Source of the DNA: Vicugna vicugna
Lineage: Eukaryota
Direction: 5' to 3'
DNA length: 64,000 bases
Assembly: GCA_013265495.1 (NCBI GenBank)
Contig: MU058337.1
Location: forward strand, 5,188,716-5,252,715
The notes under the pieces were generated by a model that was not told the DNA's origin, made no database searches, and saw only the letters and a program-made list of their open reading frames with translations. Within the stretch, counting starts at the first letter, position 1. Each line of letters starts with the position of its first letter. Both the position numbers and the translations under genes were made by a program. This document shows, piece by piece, positions 12,250-25,950 of the stretch.

Positions 12250-15200
12250 ATTCTAAGATAATGTTCATATTTTTTTTGGTAAGAGATTCCAAAATCCTGG
12301 GGAAAGAATGATATGCTTCAACAGCTTGAGTAACGGAGGCTCCCGGCACCATCAGTGGCTTTAGGAAGGGGACTCATGCAGGTTTAAAGAGCCAGACAGT
12401 GCAAGCTCTCTCCCTGATCACCTTCTCCCTGCACTGGGAATTCAGGACTTCTTGGGTTTTTTGCTGAAATGTAAATATCAAGTATTGCTTGGGGCAGAAA
12501 GAGCCAAATCAAAATCAAGGCTGGCATATCCCCAAGTATTTCCTTTCTTCTCACACCCAGAATGAGTGAGGAGAAAAGCCATGATTCTCCCTGGTGACCA
12601 GCGAGGCTTAATGTCACCTCAGCTGCAGGAATATTGGCCATAGAAACCTTTGCAAATAAATGTCAGGAGAAGCTTCTGAGCCAAAGTTCATTTTATGCCA
12701 ATTTGATTTCACAGAGTCTAGATAGGAACCAACTTTCTTTCTAAACGGTAAATACATATAACTGGGGCAGTATCTAACCACACTGAATTTCAGAATTGAA
12801 ATATCTATTCAGGACACCTAGGAACCAGTCACCTAAAATTGTCTGGACATATCAATTTAAATATTTCCAGATCCTTTTATTCCTAAATAACAGAAACTTA
12901 AAAAAAGTATGACAATTAGCAAGGACCTTCTTGAGTGAAGTCTACCTAACTGAGAAAACTGTCCTTCATTTTTAATTCAAAGACCTCTATAAGCAACATA
13001 AAACGTAATATAATTAGCTTACGGGCTACGGCAATATACAATTGCTATAAATTTTTAGAATCTTTTCTTTTGCTGGTGCATATTTTGAACTAGAGATAAG
13101 CAAGGGTTTGAAATGTAGTTAATTATCACCGGCAACACTGTGGGTTTCCTGGAGCAAAACTGGAGCCAAATCCAAACCCAGTGAATCATGGGGATGCATG
13201 AGCTGCACTAGATTTGTTCTGTGTGGCTGTAAATATAACTAACTCTACTTGAACTTCCAAAATAAATTTTACTCTCTGATAATTTCACAAGCACCTTTCA
13301 TTTAGACATGGTAATCTAAGCCTAAAGATTACAGTGCTTTTTAATCACCAGCGTCTTAGGGAGAGAAAATTATGTTTGGAAGAGGGGAGGTTCAGAGAAA
13401 GCCTGAATTGAGAAATAGCATTTCAAAAACACAGATTAAAACAGAATTCATAACCCTGCTTTAAAACTATTTCAATAAGTACAAGACAAAATAGAATTAG
13501 CTCTATTTTAAAATTTTCTTTCGCTAAAGAAAAAGCAAAATAATTCTTACACCAGAAGAACATAATGGATAAAAGGGGGAACAGATTGTTTTATTTTCTT
13601 CTGTAACACAATATTTCAGTCTCACAGTCAAAAAGACGGCATCTAGGTGTGGGTGTATAATTGAGTCAGTCAGGCCCTTCATGTTGTTATTCTCTGTGAT
13701 GCACATTTAAGTGCAGAAATAATAACTAATGTATTCTAGAAAAAAGTAACTCAAAGAGGTAGATTGGTTAAATCGCATTTTCAGTGACTGACGATAAATG
13801 GATTGTGGTTTAAAAACATCGCAGAGAAGATCAATCTGATAACTCACTGGAAGTGCTTCACCTGCATTCAAAGAGTTCCTAAAGATGCTTGTTTTCCAAG
13901 TTTGTTCTGCTGTGAATTATAACATTTCCATTAAATGCTGACCTTACACTCTAGCTCATGGCAGAAATGTGCCTGCAAACATAAACTCTATGGGCAGCTC
14001 CTGCATTGGCAAAGGCAGACAAATGACCATAAGTCAAAGAAAACAGGAAAATGGCAAATGCCTCTGCTGTTTCTAGAAACCCTTAGAGTTACTCTCACAA
14101 GTCTCAGCTCCTGGGACTGGTTTTCAGCTAAGACAACTCCAAAAGAACCAGTGGAAAGACCCCCAAAGGAAGCAATTCTTTCCCTCCTCTCCAGTGGAAA
14201 TATCCACTGCTTATCATGTTATTCCTCTTACCACCAAAGACCACCCCAAGAAACCCCACCATCTTGTTTCGTAAGATGAAATACCGAAAGCTGGACTAAC
14301 AAAAATACCTACGGCTTTATTTCAGGATAATCTACGCAGCCTAGCCTGTGATTTCAAAAACAAAAACAAAAAAACTCTTTTCCAATGACTAGAATCAGTT
14401 AACTTTTACATCATTCATAAATATGTAATGGTTTTATACACAAATGAACCAAGGTCAGTATTTTTTAAATGGAGTTACCGAGTATTAAGCATTGTCGGTC
14501 TGTACCATAGTCTCCAAAAACAAAAACAAAATCAACCACACAATTTAATCATTTTGTTTTAATGAAAGTGTTTAGCTTCTCAAGTTTGTTCATTGAACTC
14601 CTTTTGTCTAAGAACACAGTGGGTTTGGAACATTTTCCTCCGAAAGATAACTTTATCATAAACACCTAAATCCTTTTTGTTCGATGGTGAATTTTATGTG
14701 AGTTGTCGCACTCTGTATCTTTCTGTTTAGATGGAAGGAATATGAGAGCCCTCTGGCGGCCAGTATTAAAGTGCATGTCAGTACAGCTCAGACTTCCCCT
14801 AGCCTGGGGACATCAGAAGCAAAAATGGATGGAGGGAAGGTTCATCACCCAAGTTCAGATACATAAGGGTGTGCACATTCCACATGTCTTCAAGTTTTTA
14901 AGTTTTGAAGGCAATATTTTCAGTGGTTGTTTTAGACTCAAGGTTAAACTTTCATATAAAAGGGATGTCAGAGGAACTGAAATTCAGATATTAAATGCAA
15001 GTGATTTTGAACAGCTGGAGGGAAAGTTGTAATTTCATAATATTAACAGATTAACTATTATATTAATAGATATAAGTAACTTGTTTTAATATTTATCATC
15101 ACTTATAAATATGTATCTCTCACTACATAAATGACATCAAAAGAAGAAATGAGAAACTTTAGGAAAATTAACTGCTAAAAATGATTCCTAACTAAAAAAT

Positions 15201-16152
15201 AAATATAATTGGCTATGATTCATTAAATAGTACCCTGGTGACCTGGAAGAGTCATTTCCAAGGGAGACATTTATTCTATTTATTGGAGAATATTAAGTCA
15301 TGGTAATTTCAAATGATGAAACTTAGCAAGTTTTTAACAGATGCTGACAATACTTTGACCACTTTCAGATGCACATTTCCTTTCATCTTCAATCCAGCAA
15401 TAAATATATATTTAATTATAAAGTTTGCACAAGCCAATCAACACACTTCACACAGTGCAAAAAGGTGAGGCTGTCTAGGATGGAATATTTAGATATAGGC
15501 TACTTTGCTTCTAATTTTAGAACGTGTCCTCATTTGTATATCATCACAGGAAAACAAAGAACATATATTAAACATTAGATATGTTTAAAATCTCACAATA
15601 CAAAGCAATGATTAATACTGCAGAAAGCACTACCATTTAGGGGATTGATTTCATGTGATTAAATTAAAACATTAGCCCAATGAATGCTATATATGTACAT
15701 CTATACACACTCAGGGCAGTATTTCATTGCTAGTTACTACAGAAAAATGAAAGTTATTATACATTATTCATTATTAAGTTGTATTTTGAGATTGCATGTG
15801 AGGTATTTTCCAAGATCATTTTAATCTAGAATATTATTAGTCTAAAATAATTACTGTAGATGTGAATAATACATCCTTATTAAGAATTCATTACTTGTAG
15901 GTCAATTTCAGAACTTGATTTCACAGGGTCAATGGTTCTCAATTAATCTGAAGTATAACTATGAAAGATCATATTAAAAACTTTAGACTTACAAGTACAA
16001 GAGAATTATAAAATCACAGGAATTCTAGTCCTAACCCAAATGCTAATTTTGATTAATGAAAATAATTTTAAAGAGTATATGATTTCTGTTTTAAATTATA
16101 ATATTCTCTTAAAGACATAGTAAGAAATTGGGGGAATTTCTGGTGTTCTGTC

Positions 16153-16169
16153 TCATCTTCTTCATCTTC

Positions 16170-16208
<39 letters not shown>
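16153..16208. repeat. (CTT/CAT)n trinucleotide microsatellite
   Basis: tcatcttcttcatcttcttcatcatcatcat... Explains the poly-Met ORF in the track. Confidence 0.95.
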
Positions 16209-16210
<2 letters not shown>

Positions 16211-16813
16211 TGATGTTATTCTGTCACTAGGTGATAATGTTATTATTCTGTAGTGTGCACAAGAATCACAGGGGAGGCTTTTTGGATGTCCAAGCTCCAT
16301 AACCAGAAATTCTAATTTCGTTAAGTCTCACCATGTCTGACCTTATGCCATAGCACATGTGTACCGACCAGACATCAGTGTCACCTTCCCAGTATATTTC
16401 ACATTTGGTACATCTGGGAAGGGAAAGGAAACTCTTTCATCTTTATCCTCTCCATAGCCCTTTGCACCCTCCCTGGAAACTCATAATTAGTCACTAAATG
16501 TTTGTTAAGTAAAAGAATGTAAGATTTTTAGTGAAGGAAGAAGTCCTTGACAAAATGAATTCACCAGCTCAAATGAAAGTATTTCCTGCCACACAAATGG
16601 GCAGGGCACCAAGCCACTGCTATGTCCTGGTGCAGGAAACACCCAAGCAATCTTTATAATGTATTCTGTTATAATATATTCCGAATCCCAGCTTCAGAGA
16701 ATGAGGCACAGATGTAAGAACTGAAGGAGACCTTGGCACACAGATCGACTGAAGGGAAGGTAATCATAGATGAGAAACCACAAACCCCAGAGCATTCAGA
16801 GCAGAAAAGACAT

Positions 16814-17181
16814 TGTCTTAGTCTGTTCAGGCTGCTACAACAGAAAACCACAGATTGAGTTGCTTACAGACAATAAAAATTTATTATTCACAGTTCTGGA
16901 GGTTGAAAATTCCAAGATCAACATGCCAACAGATTTGGTGTCTGGTAAGGGCTCGATTCCTGGTTCACACATGGCTGCCTTTTGCTGTGTCCTCATGTGG
17001 TGGAAGGAACAAGGTTACTCTCTGGGACCTCTTTTATAAGGGCACTAATCCCATTCATGACGGCTCCACACTCATCACCTATCACTTCCCAAAGGCCCCA
17101 TCTCCTAATACCATCACACTGGGGATTAGGATTTCAACAAATGAAACTGGGCGGAGGGACACAAACTTTCAATCTATAGCA
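16814..17181 (-). mobile_element. MaLR solo LTR (MLT1A-like)
   Basis: TG...CA termini; tgtcttagtctgttcaggctgct...cagttctggaggttgaaaattccaagatcaa... The 5-bp flanks GACAT/GATGT fit a CpG-decayed GACGT TSD. Confidence 0.85.
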
Positions 17182-18085
17182 GATGTCCTGTAGTCAAAGA
17201 ATAACCAACCTTCCCTGCAATGCTTCTGGTTCCAAAGCATCATACATCCACTGGGAATGGTCTTCATGCTCACTCATAACTTGTAATTAATAGTCCACAA
17301 GCCTAGAGCTTGGATGAGATGTTCAAACATGATCTGTATCCAATGATGGTGAAAAATCCCAGGCTCGCTCAAAGTTGCACATTGATTTGTTCACTTCTTC
17401 TCAAGGAAAGTAAACATAAAACATGAATCTCACAAAGGAATACGCCTAAGCTCCACATTTCTAAATGTGAAACTTGTCCAGCAGAAATGAAAATTCTTAA
17501 GTGAAGATAAACATTAAGGAGGAAAGGAATCAGAAATTTCTGGAATGCTGAGTGGCACGAGGAAGATGCAAAGACCAAGAATGGACCCAGAATGGGAAGG
17601 AAGCCAGTGCAAACTGAAACAAGCAACTGACCCTGGAGACGTGAAGGGGAAACACAGCATTATCCAGTGAAGACAAGGAACAAAAAACCAGGGTAAGAGG
17701 AAAGCAGATGATCAAACAATGACAAGTGCAAAGGGCGTGTCACTTGAGCTTGGAAGTAAAATGGCTTAAATGAGAACAGACAAAAATTAGACCCAAAAAA
17801 GTTTTAAAAACTCAAAACTCACAGAAATAAGTGCATCTGTTAGTCAGAGGGGGTATTATTCCAAGAAGGATCCCTTTGGTGTTTTTATCAGCATCCCTTA
17901 CTGAAAACTGTCCACAGAGAAAGAAGTAGAAGGAGTACCAGACCGTTCTTCAGGCATGAACATAACTTCAAATTAGAACAACAGCATTTAAATTAATCTG
18001 CAAACCAAGAGAGGAACTGCACATCTTGCAGCATCTGAGAGATGAAATTCTCCCTCCCTTAGCTGATGCCATCAAGGAGACAGCT

Positions 18086-18661
18086 TGTTCTAATTTTCTA
18101 TTACAGCATAACAAATTGCCACAAACTGAGAGACTTAAAACAACACTCACTCATTATCTCACAGTTTCTGTAGATCAGCAGTCTGAATTCTCTGATCAGA
18201 GTTTCAGGAGGCTGACATGAGGGTGTATGTCTGGCTGTGATCTCATCTGGCGGCTCAAATGGGGAAGGGTCCACCTGCAAGCTCCCTCCAGTTGTTGGTG
18301 AAGTTCATTTCCTGGTGGCTGTAGGATTTATGGCAGCTTGTTTCTTCAAAGCTGGAGAAGCAGGGGGAGAGCTCTGCTGCTTTGACTCTCTGACTTCAGG
18401 GAAGGCCTGAACCTTCCTTTCGAGGACTCACTTGATTAGGTCACTTCCACTTAGTATAACCTTCTTTTTTGATTAGCTCAGAGGCAATAGACCAGGGGCT
18501 GAATACATCAACAATATCACCTTTGCATATAAGTTAACATAATCACTGGAGTGACACACCATTACCTTTGTCATATTCTACCAGTTAAAGGCAACGCTCA
18601 GGTTCCACTCAAGGGGAACAGACTACACAAGGATGCTGCTACCTCAGGGTGTGTCTGTCAA
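18086..18661 (-). mobile_element. MaLR solo LTR (MLT1D/E-like)
   Basis: ctattacagcataacaaattgccacaaactgagagacttaaaacaacac...attatctcacagtttctgtagatcag, typical of MLT1. Confidence 0.75.
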
Positions 18662-19806
18662 ACCCCTTGCACTTAATTACTCTCCCTAAACATTCACTTC
18701 TGAACTTCCTTTCACAGTTCTCATTTATAATACTAAATAGGTAAACCCACAGTGTCTGCAAATTAAAAAAACACTGTCTATTCTACTCCTGGAGTTTTTC
18801 AAAAATAGAGTAGAAGAGAATGACTATTTAAAAAAAAAAGCCAATAAGTGAGGAAAAGTAAGAAATCAGCATAGGCCATATTTAATTGTTCTATCAAGGT
18901 CACGGCATAATCCACGCCTAGGCAGGCACAATGTTAAGTTGAACTAAACAGCATAGTAACTAATCACAGCTATAAACCTTGCTATTTCAATTCCAGCCTG
19001 AAGTCTGCAACAGGAAATTGGAAAGGAATGCTTTGCAAAGAGATTAGTCTCAGGGCTTCAGTTGCTATGTTAGCACTTTAAAGGAATAACATGAGTGTAT
19101 ATTATTTTCATTCACTCTAGAGTCAGACACTGAGGATGACTGGCTTCCTGCACTGCTAAAATCAAATTTCCCCCCATTCATCCGTGCCTGTGGGAAGTCA
19201 CTGTGATCAGTTTCAAAGCTTCAGTGAGGTCCACGTACAAACCTTACCACCCAATAACAATAACACTACCCAATAAAATTGATATAGAAACAATCACAAT
19301 GTTGTGCTAAGCAAACCAGGTTTGATGGCATCATTCCATTTAGAACATGGATGCAATATTAATTCATGTTGGCAAATACAATTAAAATGGAAGATGAGTG
19401 TTTGAATATGATTTTCAGACTTGCTTCATACTGGTACAAAAATAGACAAATATATAAGGTATAAGCACTTTGGTTTTATAGAGTCTTTCTTCGCCTATAA
19501 TTTATGTTTGGTTTCTAAGCCAATGTTTTTTGTTACCTACTAATATAAGTCAGTTACAAATTTGATAAAGAAGATAACTTGAAAAGCCCTTAAAATATAA
19601 TATGTGAAAATAAATTTGATAAAGGAAGCATCTCAAAGAATTAAAATACTGAAAACATCAAAGAATTAAAAATAGGATATTCATATGGTCTCTGGATAAA
19701 GACTTTCTTTCAATAAAAGAAATCACTTGTTTGACTACATAGACATTTAAAACTTTTAGCATAGAACAAAACAATGTAAATTTCATTTTAAAAAATATGA
19801 CCAATA

Positions 19807-20342
19807 CCAAAGCATGGAAACAGCCTAAATGTCCATCAACAGGTGACTGGATAAAGAAGATGTGGTATATTTATACAATGGAATACTACTCAGCCATAAA
19901 AACCGACAACATAATGCCATTTGCAGCAACATGGATGCTCCTGGAGAATGTCATTCTAAGTGAAGTAAGCCAGAAAGAGAAAGAAAAATACCATATGAGA
20001 TCGCTCATATGTGGAATCTAAAAAACAAAAACAAACAAACAAACAAAAACAAAGCATAAATACAGGACAGAAATAGACTCATGGACAGAGAATACAGACT
20101 TGTGGTTGCCGGGGGGTGGAGGGTGGGAAGGGATAGACTGGGATTTCAAAATTGTAGAATAGATAAACAAGATTACACTGTATAGCACAGGGAAATATAC
20201 ACAAAATGTTATGATAACTCACAGAGAAAAAAATGTGACAATGAGTGTGTATATGTCCATGAATGACTGAAAAATTGTGCTGAACACTGGAATTTGACAC
20301 AACATTGTAAAATGATTATAAATCAATAAAAAATGTTTAAAA
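19807..20342 (+). mobile_element. Young 5'-truncated LINE-1 3' end (same subfamily as the 25.9-27.7 kb copy)
   Basis: ORF2 tail [15 protein letters not shown]...SLICGI* then 3'UTR, nearly identical to the other copy. Probable TSD atgaccaata (19797-19806) / atgatcaata (20343-20352). Confidence 0.95.
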
Positions 20343-20721
20343 ATGATCAATAATGAATATCCATAATATACTAAAACTTGAAAATAGTTGTCATAAAAAA
20401 GGAAAAAAAAATCTAAACTTCAGCGAGAGAAGATTAGCAAAGATTTTAACATGAAAACATTCAGTTCCATGATGACGTGATTAGATGGTAAGAAAGTGAA
20501 CTGGATGGTGTTCTTCTAAAGCAGTTAGGCAAATGCAAAATGTTCCAGACCTGACCATCCAATAGCTCATCTTCTCTTAATCAATCCAGGAAATTATCAG
20601 AAATGTAGACAAAGATTTTCATGCAAAGATGCCCATCACTGAAGTTCTTACAGTGGTAAGTTGGAAAGAAACAAAAGGTACAACTCTGAGTGAATTCATC
20701 ACATAACAAATGCGGATAAAA

Positions 20722-21060
20722 TAGTAAAGCCCTGGCAAAGTGCCAGCTACTGTGGCTACAGCAGCAAATGAAACCAAGCAGCTGCCTTCCCGGAGCTTAC
20801 TTTCTAGGGGAGGAGAGAGCCAAGAGACACAATCATTACAGACTGTCAGAAATGCTGCCAAGAAAATGAATTGGGTGGTGGGACAGACAAACTGAGAGGC
20901 CACGAGGGAGTCACTGGGCAGGCGAGGTACCTCTACAGTGGTGACTTTTGAACTGAGACTTACAACATGTCGATGGGTCAGTTTTGTGAACTGCCGCAAG
21001 AAGAGCATTGTAGACAAAGGAAATAAAAGAACAAGGAATAATTCACAGGAAAGAGTTTGG
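20722..21060 (-). mobile_element. LINE-2 fragment
   Basis: ctgccttcccggagcttactttctagggg...gtgacttttgaactgagact...gagcattgtagacaaaggaaa. Confidence 0.6.
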
Positions 21061-21754
21061 GGTGTTAAAACTACATTTCCCAGAATCCCTTACAAGCAAT
21101 GCCTTCACAAGATCTAAATTTTTTGAAGCAGATGTGGAAAGGAAATAGGAATAATGGGAGGTTATTTCCAAAAGCTCAGCTCTGTCATGGTGAGCTTGCT
21201 ATATCCATGCCTCCTTAAAACACAAGCTAGAGTTCATTATAAGAATGATGATATAGTTAATGTTAGCCATATAAAAACACAGAAGATAACTAGAAAAAAG
21301 TAAGTCAAAGGGCTGATGGTTTCCTAAGGTAGATGAAATTATGCTTTCCCTCCCCTATATGTTTCTGCATTTTAAAAATACTGAAGGTTTTTATATTTTT
21401 TATCATAAGAAAAAATTTAAAAATCATATGTACTAGAATAGATCTTATTTGAAGTGGGAAGATAAAGAAAAAAATGGTTTATCTGTCAATACAATCATAA
21501 AATAAAACAATCTACTTCTAAATAAATAACTCATTTGTCCAACAAGTATTTTCTGAGTGTCCACTTTGTGCCGAGCACCGTCCTTGGTGTTGGGATTAAA
21601 GCAGAGGTCAGAAAAAGCTGTCCTTCTTCCTTTATGGGACTTCTGGTAGGAGAAACAGAAAATCAACATGTCTGACTTCACAACAGACTGATGAGGAAGC
21701 AATGTCTTCCTAAAGATTTCATGAGGTTAGTAGGAAAAGGGTTTACTCTGTACA

Positions 21755-21928
21755 CAGTTGTCCCTGGGTATCCGTGGGGGATGGGTTCCAGGAGCCCCTA
21801 CAGATACCAAAATCTACAAACGCTCACATCCCTTATATGAAATGGTGTAGGAGAGTCGGCCAGCCCTCTGTGCCCGTGGCCGCTCTGTACCCACAGATTT
21901 GGGCCCCGAGGATACGGAGGGCTGACTG
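21755..21928. mobile_element. Internally deleted Tigger/MER2-like DNA transposon (MITE)
   Basis: Terminal inverted repeats cagttgtccctgggtatccgtgggg / ccccgaggatacggagggctgactg. Confidence 0.75.
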
Positions 21929-24249
21929 CACCACGTGGGAAGCCTGCTGCCATGTGGGGAGGGAGCGTCCTTTATATCCACCCTTGAGCAACCAGGCTTC
22001 CTCTAACTCCTCTTCCCCAACCCTGGCAGTTCCCTCCTCTCGCAGAGCTTCCCCAGTGTCTTTATATTGTCTTTCCTCGTGCAGAAAATCTTAGTTCTCC
22101 CAATTATACCTTCAAATCTACCCATGATTTCTACTGAACAAACAAATGACTCATTTTAAAATCCACAAAACTTAGAAACTGGAAACTGTTCACTTTTTTT
22201 CGATGTCACACTGGGTAATCAGTAAAGAGTCAAGAGAGATCTCAGGAGACAAGAATCCTCCATGTCACACAAGTCAAAGGAAATCAGAAATCAAATGCAA
22301 GTCAGAAGCCAAAAAAAGGAGATGCAGAACCTGAAGCAAATGTTATCTCCGTCAGTGAGTCTCTTGGGTTTCCTGTTGCGTCAGGAACCCTCCCGGCTTG
22401 GAGATGCTTTGCGGAGCCTGCAGGCAGAGGGCGGGTACAGTAGCTACAGACCCAGCACCACCGATCTGAACCTGCCCTGCTCGCGCATTTATGCACCTGC
22501 TACTTCACCCTGAATGTTTGGCACGTCTTCTACGTATCCTGATATCCTGCTGTGTGAGGTCTTTGCAGTTGCTATGCTTTTCCATAAAAAACGCCTCCCA
22601 TCAAAATCAAAATCCTACTACCATTCTGACACATGACTCTAGAAATTTACCCCAAAATAAACAAAATGAAAAAAATATGGCATTATAGTTGACATATTTT
22701 AGTTCTTTTTTAATAACTTTATTTTTTATTTCTTCTTTTTATTGAAGTGTAGTTTTGTCTTTAACATTCAAAAAATTTAACATTTCTTCTATCTTCAATG
22801 TCACAGAAGCTACATAAAAGTAGCAAGCAATGCCTCCTGGTATTTTGTCCTAAGTCAACCCAAGGAGTAAAATTTAACACATCAGGAATGTCTTGTTTAG
22901 CTCAGCGGGATATTTTTACATTTTAGGACATCTGAAGTCTTCTCAAATGTCCTCAGGTTAGTTCCACGTTCAGCACATTGCAGTAGGCCCGTCATCAAAA
23001 GAACATCCACTGGGTAGGAAAACCCACCTCTTCAGAAGGAGCCGAGCCTCTCAGCAATAGATCCCTCTCACGTCACGACGGCACTGTCATCCCGGGGCTG
23101 ACATGCAGCCAAGAAAGGGAACAGAGACGCCCAAGCTCTGAGCCGAAGCAACTTTCAAATCCGCAGACCTGGTTTCAGCAAGTCCAGTTTCTTTCTTTCA
23201 GTTTAATAGTTTCTAAAGAACTGGAAAGCTGCCACCCTAAATTGCCCCCATTCTGTGCTTGGATTGAGCCGTGGTATAATTGCTTCTGTGGGCGTCAGCG
23301 AGCAGGAGGAGGATGGGAAAGTCAGCTCCTGATGGTCCTTCAGGCTGAGAGGAGACCTTCCGTGCACATCACAGATGGTCATGGGAGGCAACAGGGAATT
23401 AAGAATAGGGTTTACTACCGTGGGTCGGGGGACACAGGGGGGACTGCCACCTTTTCTCTTTATACACTACTGCATTCCATGTTATACGAATGAGCTGTTT
23501 GTGCTGTATTTAAAATAAAATACATGAATAAAAATATTTTATACAATTCATTCTTTCAATGTATTATACCCTTTTTAATCATCCTTTATTGAGAATCACC
23601 TTTCAGGGCAAAGAAACAGGTCATTTCCCTGATCATAAAAGCCAACTCATCAGGGCAAAGGGTGGTAGAGAAATGCCATCATAAGTACTCAAAGGTTTAA
23701 ACTCCTTTGTTTGGGTACATAAGTGTCTGCCAGATAGTCCACAAATCCCTCATTGCCTATTATCCATGCTAACACGTCAGTATGCAGTAAGATCGACAGT
23801 GTTAAACAGTTAAAAACGAAAGAAAGGAAATCCATTAAGCTCTAAATTTAAAAAGTAATAAAGAGAATAACACAAAGCCTTAATAAAAGCAGAGGAAGAA
23901 AATATAAATACATAGAAAATAAACTGATAAGATTAATAAAATTGATCAATATATTCAATAATTTATTGAGTTCTTTAAAATGTATTGGTTGTTATTTAAA
24001 ATCTAACCAAAGGAAAGGTAAAACTCAGATATTCATAAACAACAAACTGAGGTCATATGACGTAATAAAATTATTGTTGCAAATAAAAAGTAAATACAGA
24101 TTAAGATATTTTTCACTAATAATACAGAGCTAATAATCGCACCACCATGAATGCTAATACGACTTGAAAAATGTAATGCAACAAGTAATTTTAGATAAAG
24201 TATAAATTAGTAAGATTTACTCGAGAAGTAGAAAATTTAAATTCACACT

Positions 24250-24483
24250 TGTGTGCAGAGTGTCCATGAGGACCCTTATTGCAATTCTCCATGAGATCTG
24301 GAAAGCAAGAGCAACTGGTATGAGCGTGGAACCTGTGCTGTCTGCTGCGACATGAGTAACAAATGAAGTCTTTTGTCTCTGACCTGGGAATTCTGTGTCT
24401 CCTGGCAGCACCTATGAAACTGCCAGGCTAACTTGCTAGCTTGCAAGGACGGCAAAAGTCTCAGACCCTTTCTGTTCTTGACA
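24250..24483 (+). mobile_element. ERVL-class LTR 3' part (MER54/MER74-like)
   Basis: gtcttttgtctctgacctgggaa...ggctaacttgctagcttgcaag...tctcagaccctttctgttcttgaca, ending in CA. Family assignment from memory. Confidence 0.6.
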
Positions 24484-25651
24484 CTGTTATGATCGTCATC
24501 AGTGTATTCCCGGCACCAAATACTGTGTTTATATTTATCCACTTCTTTGTATCTTCTGCTAGACTCTGAGTTCTTCAAAGACACACACGTCTAGTACATA
24601 GCAGGTGCTCAAAAAGCATTCATGAAATTATCAAAAATGACATTTAGGTGCACATGCCTACGGCAGGAATCTACATGCTCTTGACTGTCAGAGCCAAATG
24701 ACTTGGAGAGAAGCACAAATATCCTTTTAGACAATCCATCTAACAGTAGAGACGTCTCATTCAAATACATTTTCTTTGTGTGAATGCACTCACGGTTAAT
24801 TTTGGCCTTTTGTGAAGGTCTCAGCTTTTAATGTTTATAATAAATAAGTAGGCAAGCTTGAGAGTTGGTAACAGCTTAAAACACAGCATGGACACCCAAA
24901 ATGTCTCAGTATTAACACTGCACGGAGAGATGACCTGCTGAACATTCTATTTTGCCCCCACTTTCTTCCACTTACATAGAATTATCCCTAATTGTACAAA
25001 TAGGCTGAGTGATGCTGTTTTTTCCTTTGACATTATGGGAAGATGTCATTTTCTCCAAGCAGAGTGTAATGCACATTAGAGAAATGTGCCATGTATAGTT
25101 TCCCCTTAAACACAGCCAAGACAGAAGCAGCAGCTACCAAAGCAAGTCAAAGCAATGAATCAGCCAGCCAGCTATCACTGGCCATGTACCATTTTGGCTT
25201 CTTTAAATTATTTTCCTGCAAAACAGGTGCAGAGGTGAGATGTTCATGTAACATTTCTGATTTCAGTACTGATTTTATTAATAGTCTCCCCTCATTTAAA
25301 ACGTATACACAGGTCATGCTTAGATTTGTGTGTCTAAAATGAATTTGTCAAAAGGTTGATTGTAAATGCTGGCAATGGAAGGATAGTAGCACTTTGATGT
25401 TCTTGAAGAATACTTAGGTGTGGATATTCAGAGAAATGCACAGAGCATTTGCTTTATTAGCTGATGGTATTTGACTTGGGTATCATGTGACAATGGACTC
25501 TCATTATCTTATTTAGTCTTCAAAACCAATCTGAGATGTAATATAAAATAGCAATTAAGTTACTGGGCTTGGAAGTCACATTGTCACGTTTAAATCCCTC
25601 ACTGAACATGACACTGTAAGAAGACTCATTTCCTTCCATCTACTTTGCATC

Positions 25652-25950
25652 TACCTGGAGACCAAGTATTTGATGGAGACATTGAGTACTAAAGGGATAA
25701 ACAGGTTTATAACAAAAATAGATACTTTCAGTTTTTTAAAAAATGGATCTACCCTAACCGTAGTGCTTTGAAAGCTCTCCTGGGAATAAATCTTTTTTTT
25801 TTATACCTGGAGATATTTGATGGAGACATTGAGTACTAAAGGGATAAACAGGTTTATAACAAAAATAGATACTTTCAGTTTTTTAAAAAATGGATCTACC
25901 CTAACCGTAGTGCTTTGAAAGCTCTCCTGGGAATAAATCTTTTTTTTTTA
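25652..25950. repeat. Tandem duplication (152 + 147 bp) at the L1 3' junction
   Basis: 25652-25803 and 25804-25950 are identical except for a 5-nt CCAAG missing from the second copy. Confidence 0.95.

Noticed and set aside
16109..16300. ORF with a poly-methionine run
   Set aside because: Translation of a (CAT)n microsatellite.
20619..21017. 132-aa minus-strand ORF
   Set aside because: Spans old L1/L2 remnants; no protein homology recognised.
25652..25950. Repeat-spacer arrangement resembling CRISPR
   Set aside because: Just two long tandem copies with no spacers, in eukaryotic DNA with no cas genes.
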